Shown piece after piece: positions 1 through 11,820 of a stretch of 64,000 nt of DNA (positions are counted from its first letter, which is position 1; every line of letters starts with the position of its first letter). The notes under the pieces are model-generated. The model was not told where the DNA came from. It saw only the letters and a program-made list of their open reading frames with translations, and made no database searches. This stretch comes from Octopus vulgaris (taxonomy: Eukaryota), in NCBI GenBank assembly GCA_951406725.2, contig OX597825.1:27218001-27282000 (forward strand), read 5' to 3'. A program made the translations under genes and the position numbers.

Positions 1-589
1 TCAGGTGGTCGCTCTGGCGTGTTGAACGCGTAAAATAATCGTTGCGTTTAATTACAAAATGTAATGCAGCATTGTCCTAGCTATTTAAGATATAAGTTGC
101 GATTCTCTGTTAATATATTCACTCCAAGATACCCCCATTCTCTACATATCAGTTACTGCATATATTCAACTTTGTGAAATATCGCCTGAATTCTTTACTT
201 CGAAAATAAATTTTCCACAATTTGTGCAAAGAAGAGAATGATTCCCGGCGAGTAGGTGCGATTGACTTTCCACAGGAATAACATAATAGCTTCCGTCGTT
301 CTAAAAGCTTTTAAGACCAATTCTCCCATTTCCTATACATAGTGGAGTAATGTACACATGAAATACACACTTATCACGGGCTCAGTGAAACATTTTCTCC
401 AACCCTTTAGCGTGTCATATACTGGGTCTATATGCTCATGACAGAATATCGCCACTCTTTATATTTCACCTTTTAAATACATATTGCATACTATTGGGTT
501 ACTATATATCAAGTCTATATTAACGTGCAAAGAGTACGGAGGGAATCTATTTCAATCTTACAACCATTACCGCATATGTCGTTATGTTT

Positions 590-1190
590 CATCTCACTTC
601 TGTACAATATTGTAAATATTGTGGATATAGTTGACAATATCGACCTTTTTACTTGGATCTAATATACTGTGATGACTTACATAGAAATAGTAGTTGTTTT
701 AAGTGTTTCATACGGCGCTACAATACACCACAACGGGGACGCTTTTGAGGTGATCAATTGAAAGCACAGATTATTTCTTCGTTCCCTGCTCAAGTAGTAG
801 AGCGATAGTCATACTGTTAATTCGGCGCTGAAAGTCTAAGATTGTAACATGTCGGAAGAATTGTCAAAGGCATAACTATTTAACTGTTATTTTTCATGAA
901 TTTCACAGCTGTAAGTTGGTCACATTGTTCAGATACTTCAGCATGTAGCGTTGATTCTATACTTGATGTGTCAGTTATTTTGCCCCATAGGACTCATTTG
1001 AGCATTACGTAACAAACGGTTTCCCTCTGAGAACGTAATTTTAATACTGCCGGTAAATTATATGTAGTATATGCGATTTATTCATATATATTTTGGATAA
1101 TCTACAATTTCAAGGGAGATATTATGCAAGTATCTGTAAATGAGTAGATGGAGATATTTTTTGTCGGTCCTTAAGAGAATTAGATGTAAT
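590..1190 (-). pseudogene. Possible highly decayed, intronless protein tyrosine phosphatase domain relic
   Basis: Manual minus-strand translation gives YI*FS*GPTKNI (~1190-1153; cf. YIASQGP), ILDFQRRIN, PVVVYCSAV (~737-711; cf. PIVVHCSAG), then KVDIVNY and NIVQ. Order and spacing are PTP-like, but there are many stops and frameshifts. Confidence 0.35.
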
Positions 1191-2049
1191 AAATGGTGTA
1201 ATTTCATGAGATTTTTCCAAGTAAATTCTAGAAGATAATATATTTTTATTAATGCTCGTTATAGTTCTCAATTGCTCTGCATATTCATAATGCATTAGAT
1301 ATCACTAGTTTACATTTGAATGTGTGAGACAATGAAATTATTTCACAACGCGGATCAGTAAATTCATATGATCAACTTGCGACGATTATATATATTTCCA
1401 CATATTATTTCATGTTCTGAAATAATGGAGCTATATCCGACATGTAATGGCATTTTGTATTGTATTCAGGCGTCATATTTTACAAGTCTATAGAACTGAT
1501 TTGATTTAGTTTATTTCATGCTGCGTACAATCATGTTTACCTTTAATTTTGTTCCATTTTCCCCGAGAGCGATGTAGTTTATTTTGAATTTCTATGAGAA
1601 TTTTATATTTCATGACAGTAGTTGCCCACTTAAATCATATCGACGGGGTTCGTTGTCTCTTATTTAATTTTTATTCAGAGGAAATGACATTTCTTCGAGA
1701 CTCAGGAGATATTTAATACATATTCTTTACATTATCCACAAAATATTACTACACTTGTGAGCCGTTTGGTTGCATCGAATTTACATTTTTTTCACTCAAT
1801 TGATTTTCATTTATACTTATCAAAATTCTGGCTTGAGAGAGTGAAGTTTCTTGAGAAAATATAGCGAGTTAAAAATTGTTTAAAAAAAACGCTAAAAAAA
1901 TGATGAATAGACAAGACAAAGCGAAAAACTATGAGAAAAATATTTCTGCTGTAGTGATTGACTAAATATTTGTCAATGCAATGCTGTCTATTTCACCTAT
2001 CCAATATTGAAACTATTAAAAGAATATCTTTCTCCCTTTGTCTCCGACT

Positions 2050-2078
2050 ATGTCTGTATGTACATATATATAAATAAA

Positions 2079-2136
<58 letters not shown>

Positions 2137-2214
2137 CACGTATATATATAGATGTATATATATATATGTATGAATATGTGTGTATATATGTGTGTATATA
2201 TATATGTCCATATG

Positions 2215-2245
<31 letters not shown>

Positions 2246-2378
2246 GTATATATATATATGTGCGTGCGTGTATATATATATGTGTGTGTGTGTGTGTATA
2301 ACACACACAGACAGGTTTACCTACACCACAATAAACCCTGGGACAAATCAAAAACGGCCCCCACACAAAAACACTAAC

Positions 2379-2423
<45 letters not shown>

Positions 2424-2832
2424 AAGACACACACACTCACACCATTCTGACCTCCATACAGACGCACATATACACACATGCACGCACAGAGCACCATGGC
2501 AAATACCGATCACGCACATACATACACACAACACCAAGACAATCACACATACGGTTGATCACACACACATAACATCCCAACCAACACAAAATACACAAGA
2601 ATACACACGCACCCACAGATGCATACATACACACATACGAACAAACACATACACACACTAGCGCACACACAACACACTAACAAACATTAACCACACACAT
2701 ACACACACAAACGGGCACACATATACACACACCATCCTACCAAATTTTAAAAACACACACAGACACATCTATTTACACCACAATAAACCCTGGAACCAAT
2801 CAAAAATGGCCCACACACACAAATACAAACAC

Positions 2833-2885
<53 letters not shown>

Positions 2886-2920
2886 AAGACACACACACAC
2901 TCATACCATTCTGACCTCTA
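2050..2920. repeat. TA/TG/CA microsatellite block containing a diverged ~160 bp direct duplication
   Basis: The unit 'tacaccacaataaaccctgg..aatcaaaaa.ggccc..(TA)n..acaaagacacacaca..accattctgacctc' occurs at ~2321-2454 and ~2774-2918. Confidence 0.85.
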
Positions 2921-3506
2921 AAGACCAATCCCCCAAATCGTTGATACTTTTCAATTCCACATTACTCTTCCTTCCCCCACCCAAACACACCTACACTGTC
3001 CCTTGAAATTAAAAATAATCTTTTACGATGATATGGTGAATCAGGTCAGTTAAAACTACCCTACTACTAAAATGTAACCTTTTTGAACTTATAATTTTCT
3101 GTGTATATATATATACAGATACAATATCAATATTCCACTGAACATTTTAATAATTCTTTCTGGAAACTGTCTTTAACATTTTCTTAAGAATGTATATATA
3201 TATTGTAATCTTTTGTGCCCAATATTTTAATGAACTTGTTAAACTTTTTTATGTTTTCCCAAGATTTTCCCTTGTACACTATTCTTAAAATATTCTTATT
3301 ATCAAAGAATGTATATATACATTGTAATATTTTGTGACAACCAGTACCTCATACAACCAAGCTTTTACATGTTACTTTTGGCATTCTTTCTCTAAAAAAG
3401 TGAAACCGGTCTAGTAAATAAACATATTTTAAAATTGCATTTTCAAACCTTCTTTCATATAAAATTTCACTCGTGCGGTACCGTCAAACTCCACTTTGTT
3501 ATATAA

Positions 3507-3507
<1 letters not shown>

Positions 3508-3581
<74 letters not shown>

Positions 3582-3619
3582 GAGAGTGAAAGACATAGAT
3601 TAATAGACAGATAGCTAGC

Positions 3620-3690
<71 letters not shown>

Positions 3691-3740
3691 CTAGATAGAC
3701 AGACAGATAGCTAGAAAGACATATAGCTAGATGGACTGAT
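3508..3740. repeat. (CA)n(TA)n followed by (GATA)n microsatellite
   Basis: Seen directly in the sequence. Confidence 0.95.
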
Positions 3741-5344
3741 AAATCGATAATACACACGTGCATATATGCATACGTACATGCACGTATATATATATATATA
3801 TATATATATACGTTCCTACATGTATACATATATATGTATAAATAATTAGAGAAATATGTACGTAGCTGCACAGATATATAGAATGTTAGATGTTTCTGAC
3901 TGAATGACTCTATGTCTACATGTGTGCTGTGTAATTGTACATCTGTGTGCATATATTTCTACATGATTCTCTCATACCTTATTTCCTTTTCACGAACTTA
4001 GGTTCACAGAACGTTACAGTTTAACATGAAACAGTTATTATGTGTCTGTTTCAGAACCATCGCCTGATTAGTTATATACATTTGTTGATATTTTCGTACA
4101 GAAGCCAAGTTAGAATGGCGGTTTCAACAACGCACTCAGGCACTAAGATATACACACCCATACACGCACAGATATATATATATATATACACCTCCATACA
4201 CACACTTACGCACACACGTACGCACTCTCGCATATACGTGTATGTGCATGTGTGTTTGTGTGTCTACACTCATGTTATATGTATATATATTTTTAATGTA
4301 CTACTTCTGTGTTTCGATATGGATCTACACATAGCATTGTTTGTTTACTAGCATTGTTTATCTCAAGTTTATTCAGTGCTTTAAAGGTTTGCGTCTTTGT
4401 ATTCATTTGAAAACGAGAACTTTTACATTTGCCTTTATATTCTTGTATACTATTATTCCTGCCATACTGTGGGCGTATTTCATATTGTATTTCATTCAAT
4501 AAATCCTTTTGACGATATTTCTATCTTGATATAGCCAGCATGTGTATGCTTCGTGTAATACTTCTAATGTACCTTACAAAGCTTTGTTGGATTTGTATTA
4601 TTACTTCGTTCTTTTATTGTGTTTTACCATTTCTATAACTATTTTATCCATGCAGCATTGTTTTCTTCTATTCATAGCTTTTTTGTAATGTTCTATTTGT
4701 AGATGAGAACCTGAAGCCACATTACGGGAGATATATCACAATTGGCGGTTATTAAGATGTACAAATTTAGTGAGAATACATATAAGTCCTTCAATCATAG
4801 TCTTTGTACGCCTATGTGTATGGAAATTTATTAACTTTCTGACTAAATATTTTGAATACGGATCTGTTTCGATGTCATTATGTGGAAAATATCAACTTTA
4901 CTTCCATGAGTGCCTGTATTGACTAATCGCATTGTCAGATACTTAGCTTTGGATATATTTTCCAATTCCTCGCTAATCATTTCAGACGTATAGTGCTTGT
5001 CCATAATAAGGCGCATGGTACCCGCATCCTTGATGGGACTTGTTGCAATATATCAAGAATGGCAATTATTCTAAGATTAAGAAGAGCTTTTCACAAAACA
5101 TTCAGCAAAATTTCTTTTTTCTCGTTAATTGTTAAAATGCGTATGTGGACTTTGATTTTAAAAGAAAATGTTTCGAATAAAGTAATGATTTCTTTCTCTT
5201 TTTTTGTGTATGTGTGCATATTTTCGTCTGCAGAAGAAGAACGTACGGACGAAACGCTTGACACTTTAAATATCTATAGCAAATCAGCCCGTTGGACTAC
5301 TCCACATTATACTTTATACGAAATACATGCATCGAAAATATCTG

Positions 5345-5367
5345 TGCTGCTGCTGCTGCTGCTGCTG

Positions 5368-5441
<74 letters not shown>

Positions 5442-5510
5442 GCTGCTGCTGATTCTGCTGCTTCCCCTGCTGCTGCAGCTACTGCTACTACTACCACTTC
5501 AACTACTACT
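5345..5510. repeat. (CTG)n/(CTA)n trinucleotide repeat
   Basis: Seen directly; it explains the poly-L, poly-T and poly-V ORFs. Confidence 0.95.
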
Positions 5511-5615
5511 CGGCTTGTATTTCGCGTAGCAATTATTTTCACTTCATTTATTTAAAAACCTTTATAATTTACTCTACTATAGTCTCTATCTTGGTGAGAT
5601 TGGCTAGTTTATCAA

Positions 5616-6874
5616 TATTGGCTCATCCCATAAATAATGCGGTCTTTTTATACTTCTATTTTTCAAAATTACGATAAACAAATTTCGTTCTTAATCTAAA
5701 ATATACTCTCCTTCATTTTCTACAACGCTCTTCTATCTCTCCGGTAGTCTTGCAAGGCCCCTCATCCAGGATTCCGTGCCAAAAAATACTCCTCCATTAC
5801 TGTTCTAACCTCGTCTACAGAATTCATATTTTTTTCCGTCCAGATGATTTTGAAGAAATTCGATGGAGTAATGTCCGGTAAATATGGTGGATGGAGCATC
5901 GTTTCATATTCAAACTGCTCCAATTATTGGAATGTCATCCTCACTCTATCTCTCTGATATTTTCCTAATGGAAGAACACCTTTGATCTTGAAAGCAAAGA
6001 TGGACGTTTTTCGTGCAGAGCTGACTTCAGCCGTTCAACCTGCCCGCAGCAGATTTCATTTGTTATCGTTTCATTTGGGTTTAAAAGTTCAAAGTGGACT
6101 AAACCTTTTATATACTACCAAACAGTTAACAACTCCATACGGGGGTGAAGACATTCTTTAGCCTGGGGTGCCAGTATTTCTCCTTTCTCTATTCACTGTC
6201 TTCGGCACTCGACATTTTTATAGAGAACCCATTTCTCGTCACCAGTCACTATACGGTCCAAAAAAGGTTCATTTGTGAGACGTGCCAGCAAAGAAGAGAA
6301 TGCATTCACTCTCCGCGAGCGATTGGACTCGGAAAATTTATGAGGAACCCATTTACCCAATTTGCTGTCTTTTCCGATGGCATGCAGGTGCCGATGAATC
6401 GTTGAATGACAAAGCTTCTCTGCTAATTCCTCGATAGGGACGATGGGATTTTGTTCCACCAGGTTTTTGTAGGACGTCCTCTTCGAGCTCTACAGATCTT
6501 CCAGGACTAGACTCGTCTTCTATGCTGTAGTTTCCGTCTCGGAATTTCTGGAATCACCGTTGACATTGGCTCGCGCTTATTGCCCGATCCCCTTATACTG
6601 CATTAATATTCCTCGCACTTTCTGTTGCGTTGTTGCCTTTATTGAGCTCATAGAGCAAAATATGCCAAATATGATCCTTTGTCACGTCCATTATATCTTT
6701 TAAAAAATAACTGTTACAATCGAACTGCACTCTTTAGAACATGAACTAAGAATAAGTACAAGGTATATTTCCTACATGCTTTTATAGCAAGTTGATTCAA
6801 ATAGTTTATCTCGTCTCCTTCCGACTTTTAGTTTATGCAATTGAAAAATATCTACATTATGGGAAGACACAATA
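5616..6874 (-). mobile_element. Full-length but dead mariner (DD34D-type) DNA transposon
   Basis: Disrupted transposase from 6691 to 5691: MDVTKDHIWHILLYE, GKWVPHKF, FLDRIVTGDEKWVLY, HPPYLPDITPS, VVENEGEYILD*. Degenerate TIRs are ttggctcatcccataa and ttatgggaagacacaa, each flanked by TA. Confidence 0.92.
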
Positions 6875-7202
6875 CATTAATATTAATACTACGGAATGTG
6901 TATATATTACGCATTGCAAGTGCGACGTTTGGCCAGTCATGTGTGAGAAATGTCCACGTTCGATTTAAGCCTATATAAATATTATAAAGGGAATATGATC
7001 GTTGTTAAGGAAATAAAGTAATTGCCTGCAAAGACACCGACATATGTACGTCTATATTTCTGCACAAACATTGGTATGTAATATCTACATGATAATTATA
7101 TTTCAAATAAGATAACTTATTTGATGCCCTTTTTAAGTCCCGAAGACATTTGTAACAATGTAATAAAAAGATGTAAACAGCATTTAATATCTAAACTGAA
7201 AA

Positions 7203-7988
7203 AGACAGCGACCTGAGAGAACAGTTAGGAGACATAATAAAATACTCTGCGGCATTTCGTAGGTCTTAACGTTCTGAGTTCAAATGTCGCTGAGGTCGAC
7301 TTTACTTTTCCTTCATTTGGGGGTCAGTAAATTATTTTATTCTTTTGTCTGCTGCAGTCATCTTCACTCAGACCAGGCTGGAGCACCGCATTTAGTCGAA
7401 TAACCGACCACGGGTATTATTCTTTGTAAACTTAGTACTTATTCTATCGGACAGTTTTGCTGAACCGCTAAGTTACAGGGACGTAAAAACACTAACATCG
7501 GAATTGCAACAATTCCCATCAAGGATGCGTGTACCATGCGCCTTATTAAGTACAAGTACAATACGTCTGCAATGATTAGCAAGGAATTGGAAAATATATC
7601 CAAATCTAAGTATCCCACAATGGGATTAGTCTATACAGGCACTCACGGAAGTAAAGTTGAGATTTTCAAAATAATGATGTTAGTGTTTTTACGTCCATGT
7701 ATGGCGATGGCGGGTGGGGGGACAAACACACACACACACAAACGTTTACACAATATATATGACGGGCTTCTTTCAGTTCCTATCTACCTAATCCACTCAA
7801 AATACTTTGGTCAGCTCGAGGTTAAAGTAGAAGACACTTGCCCAAGGTGCCACGTAGTGGGAGTGAACCCGGAACCATGTTGTTGATAAGAAAAATACTT
7901 ACTACGCAGCCACTCTGGGGTCGAAGTAATTGACTTAGCCACTACTTCGCCATTCCTCGATTTGTGCGAAAATTCGAGACCAGTATTT
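7203..7988 (+). mobile_element. Old SINE family A copy (7203-7333 and 7916-7988) split by a SINE B insertion
   Basis: The 5' half has 'gttctgagttcaaat..gaggtcgacttt'. The 3' half, 'ctggggtcgaagtaattgactt', resumes after the SINE B copy. Confidence 0.7.
7336..7915 (-). mobile_element. SINE family B copy carrying a ~200 bp internal insertion
   Basis: Reverse-complement match to the copies at 15127 and 36698, interrupted at 7500-7700. Confidence 0.85.
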
Positions 7989-8342
7989 AAAATGAAAGGA
8001 TTGCGAATCTCAAATATTCACAACAGAAGGAATGTGAACCTGCTCCAACATATTACTAAATATTGTAAGAATGACTTCTTGTAATAGAGATATAAAGTTG
8101 TAAAACTGAGCTGTTTTCTCATTTCTGAGGACGTTTGGTTTGAAAGTGCTATAACAAAAGATGAGAGTCATTTGTCCGTAGTACTTCTTCCATACATGTT
8201 TATACTATTGGAATCTGTTGAGTCTTCTCTATTACAGAGGTAGCCACATTACGTTTTATACAACCACACTGTCACGCAAACATATGCAACTCCGTACGTG
8301 CGCACTCGCTAAGACACACGATGTATATATCTATATACATTA

Positions 8343-8720
8343 TTTACTTGCCCGTCGATGCGACGGAGACCATCTAGTCATCCTGGGATGGGGGGTATTC
8401 TTGTTTTGTGAGTCCGCAGATGGCTAGTGAGGCCACTCTGCGCCCGAAAGAGTCTTTCACAGTGTGGACAGGGAATGGTAGCCCCTGCTACAGGGTTGTT
8501 AGCTCTGTTCTTCCTTATCTACGGTCTTCTGCAGCAGCGACCCTGTTAGTCTCGCGTGTGTTGGCACCTTTGTGGACAGCTGATCGCCACCCTTCTTTGT
8601 CCAGAGCAGACTGCTCCCAAGTGTCATGGTTGATGTTGAAGGCTTTCAGTGTGTCCTTAAAGCGCTTCTTCTGGCCACCTTGTGAGCGCTTTCCCTTTTG
8701 CAGCTCGCCAAACAGCAATC
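8343..8720 (-). mobile_element. RTE-clade LINE, 3' fragment
   Basis: LLFGELQKGKRSQGGQKKRFKDTLK..TWEQSALDKEGWRSAV and C-terminal CPHCERLFRAQSGLTSHLRTH, followed by a short 3' UTR with a hairpin. Confidence 0.9.
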
Positions 8721-10193
8721 CTATATATACATATATGTAATGTATATATCTGTGCATGTGTGTGTGTGTGTGCATTATATACGAGTATATATGTGTATAT
8801 ATATTTGTGAGTGTGTGTATGTGTGTGTGTACAAGTGTATATAAAACTATGAATACATGAGTACCTTGGTGGTTCATTTATTTATTTATTTATTTGCCTG
8901 TCGGAATTAAGGAATTCTTTACTCTTCAGACTTCTACTTTGCAGCATCCATCTTCTCTACGATATACAAGTAACTTCGCTTCTCTCAGTGAATCCAACTC
9001 TTAGAGTCTCTTTTTCTAGATATCTTGGGTATTAACTTATTGACAATAATTAATTTTATTTTGTTTTTTTTAAACTCTACTTCAAAAATCTTCCTACTTA
9101 GATAATAGATATAATATTATTTATCGAGATTGCTTTATACAAAACTAATATCAGTAGCAAAAATAGTTTTTCTTCTTCTTTCAAAGCAGACATCAATCAA
9201 TAATTTATACGTATACGGCGAAAAATATTGAAACACCATTATTTAAATTTAGGTTCTTCCTCTGTATTTCTGCATTTATTTTCTATTTTAACCTTCTTTG
9301 CACGACTCGTGTTATACCACATTTTTAACTACCAATTAGTGGCTCAAATTACTGCCTCAGGAATTCAATGCCGAGTGAAACAAACACCATATTTTAAAAT
9401 TCATTTTTAAATGAAATATTATTTACTCATCTATAATAGCCTGGAGTATATATTTTATCTCACAGCTGTCATTGTGGCGAATAACATCTCTCTCTAAGAC
9501 ACAAATGCGTTCATTATTACTCTTTCTGTCTCTCTGTTCCCCTATCTATTTCTCTCTCTCTCTCTCTCTCGCTTTTATTTGAACAATGTGAAACCTTTGT
9601 AAGTTTTCGCCAGATGAAAAGGTGTCGCCTTTGGACTTCCTTAATGGATATTAACGATGTGAAACAGCATCATAGAGATGGGCTTGAATGGACTCTATTC
9701 TTGGTTACTATACACTTTATTTTCTATATTTCTTTTCTTGCATTTTTATATATTTATATTATTTTAGCTCCATTGTTTTAAATTCTTAGTCACCTTTATT
9801 ATGCATTATTTTATCCGATATATTTTTCTACATTCGACTTCATTCCTATTACACTTTTAGGTTTCATCACCTTTTATTCGTGGCCACTTTTAATATACGT
9901 GGTAGCATTGTCACGAGTTCAAATCATTGAACAAAATTATAATGTGTTCTTTAGAAAGTGGCTAGGCCTACCTCGGATATTGAGCAGTTCAGCTCTTTGT
10001 CGTAAAAGAGGCTCGTTGCAGTAACCACTGGCGTCAATAGTCGAGATATATAAACTGGGGAAGGTAAGAACGGTGATGAAGCTGAAAGATTCGAAGGGCA
10101 TGGAAATCAGGTGTAATCCACCTGAGGTGAAAACATCCAGGAAGTGGAAAGCAGAAGCAGGTGCTGATAATATCCTGTCTTCTCTTACATACC

Positions 10194-10420
10194 TATTTCT
10201 TTATTACCCATAAGGGGCTAAATACAGAGGGGACAAACAAGGACAGACATAGGTATTAAGTCGATTACATCGACCCCAGTGCGTAACTGGTACTTAATTT
10301 ATCGACCCCGAAAGGATGAAAGGCAAAGTCGACCTCGGCGGAATTTGAACTCACAACGTAACGCAGACGAAATACCGCTAAGCATTTCGCCCGGCGTGCT
10401 AACGTTTCTGCCAGCTCTCC
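10194..10420 (-). mobile_element. SINE family A, young copy with 17-bp TSD
   Basis: tRNA-like head and core 'gcctttcatcctttcggggtcgataaa'. TSD gtcttctcttacatacc at 10177-10193 and 10421-10437. Confidence 0.93.
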
Positions 10421-10855
10421 GTCTTCTCTTACATACCGAGATATGGTGGGTGCAGTGCAAATTCATCGGAAGGGACTTGGTTTTGGCGCAGAATAGTTCC
10501 GACCGTTTGCAAGTATGATGCTGAGCGATCGCAGATCTGTTGTTAACAACAGCGTCAAAACGGAGGAAGCAGAGAGAAGAGAGCTTCATTTGACCCAATG
10601 TATTCAACAAGGACAAATGACAGGATGGGAGGAGCATGTTGTGGAGAGGAAAATAAGTTGGGATGAAATATGGAAGTGGACCACATCTTCGGCTAAGATT
10701 TTTGATTCGTTTATCCTATGATGTTTTGCAATGACCTACAAATCTAGTAACGTGGAACGTCTCAGAGAATGATATAGGCAAATTCGGAAAGGTCGGTACA
10801 CTGAAACATATTCTTTCCAACTGTTCACTATCATTGAACAGGTATACATGGAGAA

Positions 10856-11073
10856 GGCGGCGAGCTGGCAGAAACGTTAGCACGCCGTAGCCGTATTTCG
10901 TCTGCCGTTAAGTTCTGAGTTCAGATTCCACCGAGGTTGACTTTGCCTTTCATCCTTTCGGGGTCGATTAAATAAGCACCGGTTACGCACTTGGGCCGTG
11001 TAATCGACTTAATCCATGTATCTGTCCTTGTTTGTCTCCTCTGTATTTAACCCCTTGTGGGTAGTAAAGAAAT
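10856..11073 (+). mobile_element. SINE family A, young copy with 15-bp TSD
   Basis: Head ggcggcgagctggcagaaacgttagc. TSD aggtatacatggaga at 10840-10854 and 11074-11088. Confidence 0.93.
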
Positions 11074-11529
11074 AGGTATACATGGAGACACAACCTGGTC
11101 CTTAAGGTTATCTTCAATGCTATAAGAATGGAGAATTAACATATGCTATAAGTGGCCGCTGAGGACATTATAAATACAACAACCAAACATGTAAACAAGC
11201 ATCATGCGAAGGAAGGCACTATGGCTAAGAGGAGACTACCGTTAAGGGGAGGTAATGGCTAGGGCATTGACTTTACATTAGATAAATGTCATATTAAGTA
11301 TATCTTCTGAAATAACAGCCATAGTACCCAAGCGGTGATCTTAATAGACAAACGGTAATTGTTTAAACATCTCTAAATACAGTTATCCTAGTGGCCCTAT
11401 GAGAAGGCATAAGTACAAATCCCCAAAATAATTAAATGATTACAATTAAATCACTGTCACATTCTAATTAGTATTACAGTTACAGATAGAGGGTATTGCT
11501 ACAGTTTGCTCAATCATACTTAATATATT

Positions 11530-11532
<3 letters not shown>

Positions 11533-11574
<42 letters not shown>
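11533..11574. repeat. (ATT)n microsatellite
   Basis: Seen directly in the sequence. Confidence 0.95.
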
Positions 11575-11820
11575 TTGCTAATATTACTAACCTTGTCAAT
11601 ATATCTACCCTTGCTTCGGTGCCTACATATGGGACCTACCACAAATTACATTTCTATTCATACGCAAATATACTTAAAAGCAATAACAGTAAGTAGGAAA
11701 GCAGCTACTACAGTACATAGTACAAGCAGATACAATCTAAAGACGTGCGAAGTTAGTATAAAGTTTCTAAATTATGTTATGCGGTGGGGTGGAGTGGGGG
11801 TTCTGAAATGAGTAAATTTA

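Larger units (their letters stand above)
9861..11130 (+). mobile_element. Hero-like (RLE-type) non-LTR retrotransposon fragment, interrupted by two SINE A copies
   Basis: SWPLLIY..FRKWLGLPRILSSSAL..KTSRKWKAE..DMVGAVQIHRKGLG..QQGQMTGWE..PTNLVTW..GTLKHILSNC..RYTWR|HNLVL. These motifs are typical of the post-RT and zinc-knuckle region of Hero/NeSL-like elements. Confidence 0.82.
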
